Origin: Octopus sinensis | Lineage: Eukaryota | Direction: 5' to 3' | DNA length: 64,000 nt | Assembly (NCBI RefSeq): GCF_006345805.1 | Contig: NC_042998.1 | Location: 44,144,001-44,208,000, forward strand | Part shown: positions 41,755 to 55,530 of the stretch, in pieces | How positions within the stretch are numbered: the stretch's first letter is position 1 | Layout: the number at the start of each line of letters is the position of its first letter | The notes under the pieces: model-generated | Told to the model about the DNA's origin: nothing | What the model saw: only the letters and a program-made list of their open reading frames with translations | Databases searched by the model: none | Position numbers and translations under genes: made by a program

Positions 41755-41990
41755 TAGTGCATTAGTGATGTCCCTCGGGCCCTGTGTTGGGGCCGGTTCT
41801 TATTAATGACGTAAGCGTCATTACAAATATCACCAAACTGTCAAAATTTAAATATTTGCAGATGACGTTAAGCTCAAAGCGAGCATGTGATCGAACAAAT
41901 CTCCAGTCTGGTACAGTGTGTGTTTCAACAGACAAAACAAAACATGTTTCTCAACGAATGAACAGTGGGGATCATCTTCTATAGAAAAAA
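41755..41990 (+). mobile_element. CR1-group LINE RT fragment
   Basis: Across frameshifts: GTCCCTCGGGCCCTGTGTTGGGGCCG (VPQGSVLGP-like), INDV and TTTGCAGATGACGTTAAGCTC (FADDVKL). Confidence 0.7.
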
Positions 41991-42959
41991 GTGTATGCTT
42001 AAATAGCTGTGTTGTTTTCCTTCGGGAAAACAGAAATAAATACCCAAAGACCCTCTCAATATTCTGCTTCTGCTTACATCATGTGATGTAATGTCAAGAT
42101 CGGAACATGAAACCAATAATGAATTTGCTTTTATCTGGAATCGATAAAATGGCTAGCACATTGTCGGTTACTCTGAGTATGCCCCCCAACGTAAAGTGTT
42201 TGTTGTTTCAATGTTAGAATAAAATATTTTATCTAAATATAATCTCCTTTATCATTTGTAAGATTTCAATTATTGTAGATAGTATAGTCAAAAATGAAAG
42301 CTTCTTAATTATATGCCTGTCTAGCCAGAAATTATCTGTGGCTAAAGAACAAATGCTACATAATGGTGTTTTAAAATATCAATTTATCACATATACATAT
42401 GTAATATTTGGAATGAAGTGTAATCGATTTAATCAACTACTATATTTTTCTCATGCAGAATAGACAGAGTCGTTAAGGTGGCTGTTAGGATCTCTTGTGA
42501 AAATTTTTTTCGAATCTTTTGTATAGTTGGTCCAAATCCTACCGAATTCAATTTGGCCGTTTATTCTTTCGGTACTGTGGTTGATTCTTTCCTTTCTCCC
42601 TGTTTCTGTCTTCTTCAAAGAAATATGCTGTGGTCAGACCAAGTGATGTTGAGGACGGCCAGTTTTTAATGCCCAAAGCAGGCTCTATGTGACGATGGCG
42701 TCTCTACAACTACATTAGATGTAGAGAAGAAGGCAAATATATTGCATGTACGCATTTATTTAATCCTATAACGATCAAGCTAAATATTTGTCTAAATTTA
42801 ATACGACGTTGACTTTCAACCAGTTTCATTTTCCTGAACTTCATAGGTTCAGATTCCATAGATGTATACAACCAATGTGTCAATGGTGTATATGTAAAGT
42901 ACCGGCTATTACATTCAGGTGAACGAGTTATGATGATAATAAAAGAAATAATCGTAAAT

Positions 42960-43160
42960 ATTAATTTGGCACGAGGACAGTAATATCCGGAGAGGTGAGT
43001 GAGACGATTACATCGACCCCACTGGTACTTATTTTATCGACTGCGAAGGGATGAAAGGCAAAGACGACCTCGGCAGAATTTGAACTCAGGACGTAAAAAC
43101 GGACGAAATGCCAGCAAGCAATTTTAGAAGCGCACTAAGGAACCTTCAGCTCGCCGCCTT
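42960..43160 (-). mobile_element. tRNA-derived SINE
   Basis: gatgaaaggcaaagacgacctcggcagaatttgaactcag..cagctcgccgcct. Confidence 0.85.
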
Positions 43161-43202
43161 ACACTACCTAATCACTCATATTAATTTTATAGGTAATGTG
43201 TA

Positions 43203-43750
43203 AAGCAGTGAGCAGGCAGTAACGTCAGCAGTCCGAGCAAGATGCTCAGTGCCAATTTGTCCGTCTTTACTTTCTGAGTTCAAAATTCCACTGAGGTCGA
43301 CTTTACCTTTCATCCTTTCGGGTTCGATAATATAAGCACTAGTTGGACACTGGGATCGACATAAGTGATTTACACACTTACCCGACTTGCTGACCTCGTG
43401 CCGATATCTGAAAGCAATATGGCAGATAATGTTAGTTCATATATTTTATATTGTCGCGCGTATTTTTTTCATCCATTTAAGACTTTAACAGATCACAGAA
43501 CTGAATATAGTACCCCGTTATTAATTATGACTTGAATGAGACAGTGAGCAGGCAGAATCGTTAGTACGCTGGGCAAGATGCCTAGCAGTATTTCGCTAAG
43601 TTCTGAGTTCAAATTCCACCGAGTTCGACGCTGCATGTCATCTTTTTGGAGTCGATAAAATATGTACCATTTCAGCGCTGGGGTCGATATAATAGACTAT
43701 CCTCTTTCCCCAAATTTCAGACCTTGTGCCTATAGTAGAAAGGATTATTT
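43203..43750 (+). mobile_element. Two tRNA-derived SINE copies (about 43203-43415 and 43543-43750)
   Basis: gtgagcaggcag..ttctgagttcaaa(a)ttccac..gtcgata..; family tail near 43720-43748. Confidence 0.82.
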
Positions 43751-45532
43751 ATGACATGAATATTATGTGTATTCATCAAGCTTAGCAGATGATTATAACA
43801 ACGATTAATGCTGAGGACTTTTCTTTTGATATTTGACTTGTTAGCGTCACATGACTAACACTATTGTGGAATGGATGTATTGAAGATCTGTACTAATTAA
43901 TCGTAGTGTACACTGAGGATAAGAATTTATAATGAATATACCGCATGCTTAATGATTCACATCTCGAAAAAGCTGAAAAGTAAACTTGACAAAATTTGTT
44001 CTTATTCTGATTACTGTCCTAATAAATTTTCAGAAACTTTTTCTTTCAAAACATGTTCAGAAACACCTCCGTTTTAACAATATAGGAAAGATACGATTTT
44101 ACAATTTCTTGCACTTATATGCAACGTCTCCTTCATTATACATGTACTTAAAGTGTTCACTTCGCCCAGGTTCTAGAAGAAATCTTTTCGTTTTCCGTCC
44201 ATAACACAATGGCGTACACAACCTTTCATTGTCAGGAAAGACTGAATAATTGAAGTTAGCTAACACTAGAGTGCTCTCATTAAACTTGTACTACTAAAAC
44301 GCACAATTAAATGTTCAGTATACAGCTAATTATTGATGATCTTTTGTTAAATATGTTTCGCTGATTCATTACGTTATTCCAGATAAATGATTCAAAGTGG
44401 TTCTATTTAGTGCAATATTTTGCCATAAATGATATGAAAGATAAAAATTACATTAATTATAGACTAAGGAAACTTAAAAGAAGTCCAAATGTGCAACATA
44501 ATTATATGAAATTCTTTATTAAATTTTCTCTACAACATAGCTTATTGCTATATCATTATATGTGTTTCATTATGTGAGATTTCGTTTATGATCCGATAAT
44601 TTTGTTATTTACAGTTACTAATGTTATTCTTTTTAATACTTGTCTGTGAGAAATACTGCTAATTATAAAAGTGTTCATTCATTGCAGAATGGGAGTCAGA
44701 CATTCAGACATAGTTATCGATATTCCTATGCATGTGTATGTATGCGGGGACAGAGAGAGTAAGAGAGAGAGCAACTATATTTTCTCCCCCGGATAACATT
44801 GCTTAATGAGTCTGAATTTGCCTTTCCCTAGCGCTGACACATCGATTCTTGAAATTTGCCTGATTCAAAACCTGTAGCAGAAAAGAAATGCTACTATAAT
44901 CTGCAAATAATTGATATCACAATATTCTCCAGACCGTTTTACTGAATTTGTTTGAGATTTTTACGGCTGCCACCTTCTTAATATCATTTTCCGATACATC
45001 TCATTATAATTTTTACAGTTTAGTGCATATTTATGTTGCTTGTTTATTTGCTTATTCATTTATTTATTTCATTTTGCTACTTTAAACAATGACGGAAACA
45101 TAATTATGTATACGAAAGCTATATTCCACTGCTCCTGTTACCTTTGTATTGCTAACACATTTCCATCATTGTTAATAATACACATGCCTCTATCATTAAT
45201 ATTTTGATCGAAGAACCATAATTTCCAACAAACAACTTGATATAATTTAATAATCTACGTAAGGAATTCCTTGATGATATACGAATGAGGAACATGAAAG
45301 CTCATGCATATATGCCTATGTGAAAATTAATTTGTATAATTAATATTTATACTATTTGTACTTATAGACTACTCTCTTTATACGGCGCTGAGACACATTA
45401 GGAATCACTATATATGATGTTATATGTTAGCTTCTACTGGGGCTACCATAACAGCAAACCGGTGTGTGTGCCATATTTAGTATAAGTACAATGTGTATCT
45501 TCCAGAGATCAGCAACTCAAATCGAAAATATT

Positions 45533-45903
45533 CCTTTCTACTCTAGGTACAAGACCCGAAATTTTGCGGGGAGGGAGCCAGTCGATTAGATCTACCCCAG
45601 TGCGCAACTGGTACTTAAATTATCGACCCCGCAACGATGAAAGGCAAAGTAGACCTCGGCGGACGAAATACCTATTTCTTTACTACCCACAAGGGGCTAA
45701 ACACAGGGAGGACAAACAAGGACAGACTGACGGATTAAGTCGATTATATCGACCCCAGTGCGTAACTGGTACTTAATTTACCGACCCCGAAAGGATGAAA
45801 GGCAAAGTCGACCTCGGCGGAATTTGAACTCAGAACGTAACGGCAGACGAAATACGGCTACGCATCTCGTACGGCGTGCTAAGGTATCTTTAAGTTGCCG
45901 CCT
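45533..45903 (-). mobile_element. tRNA-derived SINE dimer
   Basis: Same family and same internal junction as 23048 and 32386. A flanking aaatcgaaaatatt duplication occurs near 45520 and 45907. Confidence 0.88.
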
Positions 45904-46169
45904 TCAAAATCGAAAATATTATAAAGATGTATGGGTAGCTCAAAAAAGCAGATACTTAAGTCTAGAGATCAAATTCATACCTATCCAACGACCGTTTCGA
46001 GAAAGGTATTTGTGAATGGGTGAACTATTTGTAGCTATCTCAAATACATACATTTTAAAGACCGTTTAAAGACTTCATACTTGGACCAGGTAGCCTATGT
46101 TGCGATAAAAATTTGTTCAGAGCGCTAATTTATTGTTCTATATAAGAAATTAATTTCCTTCTATTTTCT

Positions 46170-46182
46170 TCTTACATATATA

Positions 46183-46273
<91 letters not shown>

Positions 46274-46276
46274 GTT

Positions 46277-46308
<32 letters not shown>

Positions 46309-46315
46309 ATATGTG

Positions 46316-46386
<71 letters not shown>

Positions 46387-46512
46387 CATACATATATATA
46401 TATATATATATATGCATATATGTGTGTATATATATTTATATATATACACACACACCACACACACGCCCACATACATATATTTATCTATATATACATATAT
46501 ATATATATAAAG

Positions 46513-46600
<88 letters not shown>
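46170..46600. repeat. (TA)n/(CA)n/(GATA)n compound microsatellite
   Basis: Direct reading. Confidence 0.95.
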
Positions 46601-46615
46601 GTGTTCCCCACTTAC

Positions 46616-46950
46616 TCCTCACCATCCCCCGTATAGTTATCATACCAAATCAGTCTAAACGCTTTGCAGGGAATCGACACTACATCTATGAAAAACCTCA
46701 TTGAATTAGCTACCGACAGAGGACATATTAATATAGCTGCTTTCAACAGCATGAAATACCGATCGCTAATCGCATTAAGAAACCAATGTTGCACTTCAGC
46801 TTGTCCGGTTTTGAGCAATGTATAGTTGAAACACTTCAGGTAACTATAATTACTTGGTTGCACAATCTCAAAATATCTTTTTTCTGGTAGTGGGCGCCCA
46901 CATGGGAACCGAATTCCAACGAAACCTGACATGTTATATCTCGCATCAAT
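46616..46950 (-). CDS. Candidate internal exon, product unknown
   Basis: About 112 open codons (IDARYNMSGFVGIRFPCGRPLPEKRYFEIV...IWYDNYTGDGE) ending exactly at a strong GA|gtaagt donor. The acceptor has a poor pyrimidine tract. Confidence 0.25.
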
Positions 46951-47149
46951 CTAACATATATTTTCGTTGCTGAGCATCTTTGGTAATAGCCATCGAAACA
47001 ACGAATCATGTGAAACACTTGCATCGCTATCCCAAATTTTCTCAATCTTTAACGTCATAGATTCGCACAACAGAATTTTTACCAGTATTCCACTAGCATA
47101 GACTTTAATATTTCTGCAGCGTGTAGCTAAATTAGTTTAAGGAAACATT

Positions 47150-47350
47150 TATTAGCATATTATGTTGTGTCTGTGAAGATATTGTCTTAATGCTTTATTG
47201 CCTAACACACTCACCGGTTCAATTTCCACTCAATTATTATTTATAATTTTTTCTTCCAAAATATAATTGAGTGGAAATCGAACCGGTGTGTTGGGCAATA
47301 AGGCATTAAGAAAATATGACTCTCCAAGACACGACATAATTTGCTTCAAC
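47150..47350. mobile_element. MITE-like inverted repeat
   Basis: cttaatgctttattgcctaacacactcaccggttcaatttccactcaattat pairs with ataattgagtggaaatcgaaccggtgtgttgggcaataaggcattaag. Confidence 0.7.
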
Positions 47351-48204
47351 TTACTTCAACATAAAGCATCTTGCAAAACAGATACAAGAACGAAGTTTAT
47401 TAGCATATGTTTCTCGTAAGTTTTTTATTCGACTGTTTAAATTACTGATATATCCTGGTATTTTGCTATTTCATCAATACAGGAACGCCAAACTTTCATT
47501 AAAATTATATGAATAAATTGGCTTTGCATCATGTTTGTATTTAATAATGTAGAAATGCGATTAAAAAGCCCAGATGTAAACTTGGTCTTTTAAAGTATAT
47601 GTCATGGACCAGATTAAAATATCTGAACTAGATCTAAACGAACGTATCAGATATACTACAAGTTGTACTTTGTTTATCATATTTGCAACACGATATATGA
47701 TATTTAGTTCATGAAATAATGCCACAAAATACCAAAACAAAAATAAAGACAAGAAAAACAAACATCCCCAGTTAGAATCAATAAAGAATATGATTGTGAG
47801 AAAATTGTTCCGAACACTAATTATACTCACTTATTTAATACTCTAAATGCTATATCAATACTACTACGGATAATCACGAGAAAATTAACCATTGTATAAT
47901 TATAGGATGTTGGGTATTAACTAATTCCATTGAATGATGAAAGTAATTGCTTCTAATCGATAGTTTTCCTTTGAAGGGTGAAAATATTTGCAGTGTTTTA
48001 GAGAGAAATGCCAGTGTTATATATTGTTTATGAAGCTATGAGAAAATCGATTATAAAAAGTCGAGTTGGTATTTGAGCAACATGTGCTTTTCTCAAACAT
48101 AATTATTGGCACAGAATGAATTTTATAAATACCTCCATGTATATACGTGCCTGTTCATCTAATGTACTAATCAGTCTCTCATTTATCTATATATATATAT
48201 ATAT

Positions 48205-48900
48205 ATGGTCGTATCCGAGCATTGGGTTCGTCGGTTCCCATCCAGTCTCCTCGGCTGATGTTTGTGCCGAAAGTAACTTTAGAGTCCAAGTCGGAGTGAA
48301 AAGAGTCGTGGGTAGAACTCACACGGGATGGTCAGTGCAGGTCGAGGATGTTGAAGACACTCCTTTCTTCTCCTGCGCTTTGCCTCCTCATTCTATTGCC
48401 TGTTGTGCTCGAAGGAACTGCCTCCATTACAGATAGCAGTCCTCCAGGCTGTCATATCCATGGCAATGTGTTGGATGTTAGCTTGAACCAAGGTCCGTTT
48501 CAGCTGGCCTTTAAAACGGAATTTCAGATCTTGTGTGGGTCTTGTTCCGATTGCAAGTTCTCCGTAGAGCATGATCCTTGGGATACGAGAGGACTCCATA
48601 CGCTGGACATGACCGCCCAGCAGAGACAATGGCGTAGAATGGTGGCTTCGACACGTGGTAGCATGGAACATTCAAACGGGATATTGTCTGGTCCTGGAGC
48701 TTTCCTCAGCTTCATGCACGCAAATGCCTTATTGAACTCATGGTGTGAGGGCGGCAGGGACATCCAATGGCGGCTGTGGAGCTGTGGAGTGTTTTTGAGA
48801 AGATCGTCAGGAGTTGTCGTTAAATGGGACTTCCAGCGATCGAGGATACCCTGGGTGTCGGTTATCGTGGAGCCGCTGCGTTCTTCAGGCCTCCCACTGA
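48205..48900 (-). mobile_element. RTE-clade LINE with the RT core deleted
   Basis: [40 protein letters not shown](F)E is joined directly to [12 protein letters not shown]..(W)[43 protein letters not shown], a BovB/RTE-like C-terminus. Confidence 0.85.
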
Positions 48901-48918
48901 TGACCTATATATATATAT

Positions 48919-49022
<104 letters not shown>

Positions 49023-49440
49023 ATATATTTACACACATATATATATAGTTTGTTTTTACTGTTTTGTTCTCACTGTCCTGTTCTTCTTACCAATTTCACC
49101 CTCCGCAAAAATTTCCAAATTTTATTTAATTTGCTTACGGTAAGGGCTGTTTCAACGAAGTCGTTTGCCTTCGACGTGGAGTAGATGACACAGGGACAAC
49201 TGAAGAATAGGTGTATTTTTTATGCTATATGTCTCGTTTCTCCGTTTTTTTTCGTTGTTCGAAAAAGGTTCGTTTCTATGCTTTTGGTTTTATGTCCACT
49301 ACCCATATATGCATGTGTATATATACATATACATGTAGGTATGTAACATATATGTATGTATATATGCATATATTTATATTATATATATATATATATATAT
49401 ACATATATATTATGTCTTAAAATTGAATAGAAGATTTGAA

Positions 49441-49490
49441 ATCCACCTGATGAATGTCCTTAGAAGAGACACGAAACAATTGTAGTCGCG
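49441..49490 (+). ncRNA. Minimal type I hammerhead-ribozyme-like motif in a PLE-type repeat, probably degenerate
   Basis: CCAC-CTGATGA-A-TGTC(cttagaaga)GACA-C-GAAAC-AATT-GTA-GTCG. Stem III is the palindrome ACAATTGT with a GUA triplet; stem I has 3 of 4 pairs. Confidence 0.5.
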
Positions 49491-49593
49491 AATTTAATTT
49501 TATTTAATTTATATAAAATTTTTTATGTATTGGATAAGTCTTTCTTTGTTTGATTTGCATAATAGTGGTTTTGTCTCTAATTAATATTATATA

Positions 49594-49640
<47 letters not shown>

Positions 49641-49666
49641 TTATATTTATATTTATATTATATATA

Positions 49667-49730
<64 letters not shown>

Positions 49731-52146
49731 TATTACAATTTCTAAATCACGAAGTGTATAAACTGAACAATGTTATTAGAGGTAACCAGTTGATGCTGTA
49801 CGCCCTTGCGAACGGAGGACATCAGCAAATATAAGTTGCTTGTTCAGAATTAGTTACTACTTCTAATTTTAAAAGTAGTATATGAATCATATATAGTCAT
49901 CTAAACATCATCTTACAATGCTTACATATATATGTTTGTGTGTTTATAAATACATACATATACACATATATATTTATTTTTATATATGTATATATATAAA
50001 TATACAAGTATATATATGTATATATGTGTATGTATGTAATTATGTATATATATATATATATGAAAATTATTGAATGATCTAAATATTGTGATCTATTGAT
50101 ATCCAATTGACACATTCTACTTAGTTTATTTCACAGTGAGTGTTTAAAATGTTTGATTTATTAGTTTACAGTTTGATTAGAAAGTGATATTTATTAGACA
50201 ATACACAGATAAATACATCTTTATAATGTAAAAGTTTATTGAAGTGTTGAGTTTATTTTTATTCTATTTAATGAGTTCCAAATCAATATACATTACCTTG
50301 CAAGCTATTAAGTGCGACACTATTCAATTTATATATTTTTCTTTGTTATACATTTTTGTTCTTTTTCTAAAAGATACCAGTATATCAGAAATATAAGTAT
50401 ATTTATATAAATGCAAGTTAAATGTTATAGAGTTTTATTATTGTATATATCATTATGTATACTTTCAAACATATATTGGATTTTGTGTAATGTTGAATAC
50501 AAAGTATTTAGATTTACTTTTTGTCAATATATTATTCGCTGAGAATTCGAGAGGTGCTTTATTCAAATCGCTGTGTACTTCATTCACTAGTGCGCAAATT
50601 TGGATAGGAAGAATATTTTTAATATTGCGTCGATTTCAATATCTTCCATTATCAAACTTTTGCAGGTCACTGACATTTTCATAGACTGGCGTTTCACCGT
50701 CGCTCCCTTAGTATGTTCAGCAAATAAATAAAATATTAGCATAGCACCCCACCCAAAAAACACAAAGAGCGATTTTTATGATGGTTCATACAGGGATGGA
50801 TCGTACAATTGCGTATGCGACTCTATTTGTTCTAAATGGGCTAATAACCGCATGATTTTTTTTTTGCCCTTTACTTTTATTTTTTTGAGTGGGCAGTATT
50901 ATAAATTACTTAACACTGGAATTTATCCTTTACTTTTTACTCATTTCAGTCATAAGACTGTGGCCAAGCTAGAGCATTTTAGTTGAATTTATCTGCGATC
51001 TTACCTATATTAAACTTTATATATACAACGGACGTCTTTCAGGTACCGTTTACCAAGACCAAAATAAGGCTTTGGTCAGCCTGTGACTGAATAGAAGTCA
51101 TTTACCAAAGGTGCCACTTGCTCAATGAATGTAAGGAAGTAAAGAAGACGTATCATGAATCAGATTTCCGCTCCTTGATAACGCAATGTCTCATTCATAT
51201 TCTAATCACAGCAAAGAATTTTGGAAAATTTGTTTGAGTATAAGTATTGTACTCAGGTTAGATATATTATTTCTGAAATAAATTACGACGCTCAAAATAT
51301 CCAGTGAAGTGGTGGATTGGATGATAACATCGACCTCTGTAATTGACTCCTATTATATTTTATAGACTCCGAATAGAGGAAAGGCGAATAACACGTTGGA
51401 GAGATTAGAATTCAGAAAGTAGTTATTAAAAGATACATAATGTTTAATTTGATTTTTTTTAATAGGTCAAATCCAATAAATTCAATATATTGGCTAATCT
51501 AACGAACTTCTAGTACAACTTTCCATTGTATTCTTCTAAACTATTCTTGTCTATTTGAAAACATGCCGCTTTGAGAACCTTTGTAAATTACTAATCAGGC
51601 ATGCAACAAGAAATGAAATCAGTTATTTAGCACGGTTAATTTATCCAAAATATTGCGTAACTATTTTTTTTAATGTGATTTCTACTGTTCTACTACTTAT
51701 ATCGTTGTCACGATTCACAGATGGACCTATAAAAGCACTGAATTAAGGAGAAACAAAATATTTCGAAAACAACGCAGCGCATAATTAGTTCAAAATGAAA
51801 AACATTATAAGTTAATATTTTATATCGACTGCAATTGAAAATATATGTTAATGTTTTGGATAATATGTAATAGGAAAATGTTTTAGAGAAAAAGTACTTT
51901 CGCATCGTTTGCAACACGCTGACTCAAAGATCGAAATATGTGGTACTCCAGTAATAACTTTTCAGTTTATATTGATTTACGAAGAAGTTCTACAATTCCT
52001 TTAAGTATTGTATTCCTCTTCTGGGAGATGCTCTTATGGTAGTGAAATAGTTGATTTTAACTACTATTTCTGAATTTCGGTATATGGTGAAGCAAATTTT
52101 TGCTGAATCCTAATTATAATTATACTCATAATTATAAAATTATACA

Positions 52147-52205
<59 letters not shown>

Positions 52206-52734
52206 TATATATATACATTCTGGAAAGAATATACTAGAAGAATACAGTTCCAAATTCGTCTTTTGGTATGCACTTATGTTTAATACTAGTTATGAAATAT
52301 TTCATAAACTACAAAAATTATATCACTATAGATACATTATATATTGCAATACATCAGATGTAGCTTTTGAACAGAGAACAGGTGAGGCTAATGAAGCATT
52401 TTGTAACTGAAAAATAATATAGATATAATACTGTTAACCAATATGATGTAATGTTCAAACTAGCGTTAGGTCATGTTTGTATAGAACATGTGTGTCTGTG
52501 TCATTGTGTGTGTGTGTGTGTGTGTGAATGTGCACCTAGTATATGAATGTAAGTGTCTATGTGTATAACTCCCATGTGTAAGTAAACGCATGTATGTGTG
52601 TAGCTGTGTGCAAAACGGAAATAATTTTCAAACAAAAAATTTAAAATGCAGACATGATATCGTGACGAATATGATGTACCATGATATTCGTTTTGTGACA
52701 ACCTGAATGGAAACAAATTAATAACAACAGCAAT

Positions 52735-52750
52735 AATAATAATAATAATA

Positions 52751-52792
<42 letters not shown>

Positions 52793-52857
52793 AAGAAGAA
52801 GAAGAAGAAGAAGAAGAAGAAGAAGAAGAAGAAGAAGAAGAAGAAGAAGAAGAAGAA
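52735..52857. repeat. (AAT)n-(AAG)n compound trinucleotide repeat
   Basis: Direct reading. Confidence 0.95.
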
Positions 52858-53634
52858 AGAAATAATTATTTCTAGGTATCTATAGTTGTCTTCAGAACTG
52901 CAAATATTTCGCGCAAGTCCATATTTGAAATAAAGTTAGCGCATCATGCTGTGTTTTGCTTGCTTCGTAATTATCATTTTCAGTGGTTTGAACTTCGAAC
53001 AATGACAACGAAATTACATCACTGTAAATTTCTTGGTCAGAATGTCAATAAGAATAACATTTTCAATTTGTCTTCTGTTTGTGCTAATGCCTAGGAATAG
53101 CTTTGTAATCTCGTTTCGATATCTGGTAAATTATATCAATACAAGTAAATTAGTCTATTTGGCAAAGCTGGTATTATATCATTGTAAATTATGATAGCGG
53201 AAAAGAACATTGCTAATCTCCTATGTATGAATTAACGACTAGCAAAAATATTACATTGCAATATTGCATCTCAAACTCGCATAGCAAATCTATGAAAAGT
53301 AGCTATGATAATTGAAGCTTAGATTTTTCAATTACGTTATATGTAAAAGTGTATCTCTGATGACTCACTGGATCATGTTGGCTCCATAGATTATTTACTC
53401 GTTATGCGGTTCACTAAAAGAATGTTATTCCTTTCTAAGCTAACTCTCAGACTTCCTTTCTATATGCTACACCCAGCAAGGTATCTTCGTGTGTTCGTAT
53501 ATAGGTATTACACAATAATCGCAAAAATAATCTCCCTGAAATCTCAGTACCATGCTCAAAAAACCGAATTTGGGCTTCCAGCCAGGCCTTTCGTGATACC
53601 CATAAGGCCGGGAACTTTTCAGCAATTTTTCGCA

Positions 53635-53667
<33 letters not shown>

Positions 53668-54415
53668 TAATATCAAGGGAGAAAAGTAAAAAGATTATCT
53701 ACGTATTGAGTTAAACATTAACAAAAAGACATTTTGTCTGCGTTCTTTGCAGTTAACAATTCACAGCTAAGTTAAGTATAAGTTTCCATTTTGTTGGTGG
53801 TCATTTAACATAAATATATGAACAGCACGACCACACTCCAATGAGGGAAACAACTAAATGATAAAAAATGAAAATAAACTCGTATGTCTCTATATCATAC
53901 CTTCCAGAAAATGCCACTTACCTATAATACGAAGTGAGAAATAATATTTTATCAAATACCTGAATTAAAATGTCGTCTTAATATAATGTTCTCAAATGAC
54001 AGTAGTTTTTCCGACCTCCTCGACTGTATATTACGCTAAGCAATGAATTATGTGCAGTGTCAGTGGGTGCGTGTGTAATTGAGTCTGTATGTGTCTGTGT
54101 GTATGTGTCTATTTTTGAGCGCAAGCGTGTACATACATACAATTATAACCCCACCTGATCGCTCTTGTAATTGACAATTTTCATATTTTTCGCCTCGTTA
54201 AAACATTAATTTATTATAAGGTTTCTCACATACTTCAAAGCTACTCTTTACTTTACTCTATCGTAATCACTATCAATTTGACTTCTTCGATGTAGAGCTT
54301 CGAATATAACAATAAAACCACACGCGAATGAATATATAACCTACGAACATAACTCTGGTTTACAAATCTGCTTATAGTATTCATTACTCTTTATAGTGGT
54401 ATTGCAATTAATTAT

Positions 54416-54626
54416 TTTCTACTCTAGGCACAAGGCCCAAAATTTCGGGGGATGGGACCAGTCGATTAGATCGGCCCCAGTATGCAACTAGTACTTAATC
54501 AATCGACCCCGAAAGGATGAAAGGCAAAGTAGACCTCGGCCGAACCTGAACTCAGAACGTAAAGACAGACGAAAAACCGCTAAGCATTTCGCCCGGCGTG
54601 CTGACGTTTCTGCCAGCTAGCTGATT
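54416..54626 (-). mobile_element. tRNA-derived SINE with a ~19-bp TSD
   Basis: Full-length family copy. A duplication beginning TGGTATTGCAATT lies at 54397 and 54627. Confidence 0.9.
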
Positions 54627-54830
54627 TGGTATTGCAATTAATTATGATAAAATACCGCGAGTCTCATTCACCTCCTCACAGCTAGAAACTCTGGGCCACT
54701 CGTGCAGTTTCGAAGCTTCTACTCTCCGTTTATTATATTTGACTAAATGTTGCAAGCTTCAACACTGTATCAACAATACGAGTATGCCCAATTTTGTGGC
54801 ATACAAGTTTCCATAAAACCACTCTCTTCG

Positions 54831-54970
54831 TCATTTACGTATGTATGTACATATATAGATGAAATTTATTTTTAAAAAATAGCAAAAGACGAAGACAGGT
54901 GTTTGAACAACAAGCAGGTGTATTACTTTGACGCTCGGGAAAGTGAAAAAGTCTTTTACGTTTCGACATG
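54831..54970 (-). repeat. Dispersed PLE-type terminal repeat fragment, with related copies at about 7340-7470 and possibly 1-120
   Basis: Its reverse complement matches 7370-7470 (taatacacctg.ttgtt..acacctgtcttcgtcttttg). It abuts the PLE RT relic at 55020. Confidence 0.6.
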
Positions 54971-55019
54971 CCAACGTGTTGTGGACCGGCTTAACTTGTG
55001 CAGGCGACCACGATATCCG

Positions 55020-55530
55020 ACATTTTAACAACTACCCGGCCTAACTCTCGGCGCTTCAGTGTCTCCAATGCCGCAAATACAGCATCATAAAACCGGCCGA
55101 CAAGGCTGGAGTCATGGTGGTGTGCCGCGCAGACATCAGCCAGGGTGAAGCCCTTCGCCAACTTCAAGACACTTCATTATATTGCCCTCTGCACTCCACC
55201 CTCACGCCTGACTACCAACAGACTGTCTCCTCCACAATCCATGAACTTATCTCCTCCTCCCGACTCCCTCCCACCGTCGCCAACATAATTGTGCTCACAC
55301 GACGCATCCCTAAATTTACTTCCATCCCAAAATCCATAAGCTTAACAACCCTAACCGTCCCATCGTCTCGGCCTGTAACTGCACCAACGGAATTGATCTC
55401 TAAATACCTCGAACGTGTCCTTGCCCCACCTGTGGCTTCCTCTCTTCACCTCCAGCATCCTTGAAACTAACCATGCTCTCCATCTCTTTAAATCTTTTTC
55501 CTTCCCTTCTGCCCCCTCTACACTTCTCTT
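55020..55530 (+). mobile_element. Penelope-like element RT N-terminal fragment, a different family from 56010-57400
   Basis: IIKPADKAGVMVV..EALRQLQD..Y; frameshifted IPKIHKLNNPNRPIVSACNC/PTELISKYLERVLAP. These match the PLE motifs KPADKGG, LPKIHK, GRPIVS and PTE.IS.YLD. Confidence 0.85.

Noticed and set aside
46657-46812. Plus-strand frame ending RNQCCTSACPVLSNV*, resembling the insulin A chain (QCCTSIC)
   Set aside because: The terminal Cys, dibasic cleavage site and B chain are absent, and it is the antisense register of the longer minus ORF.
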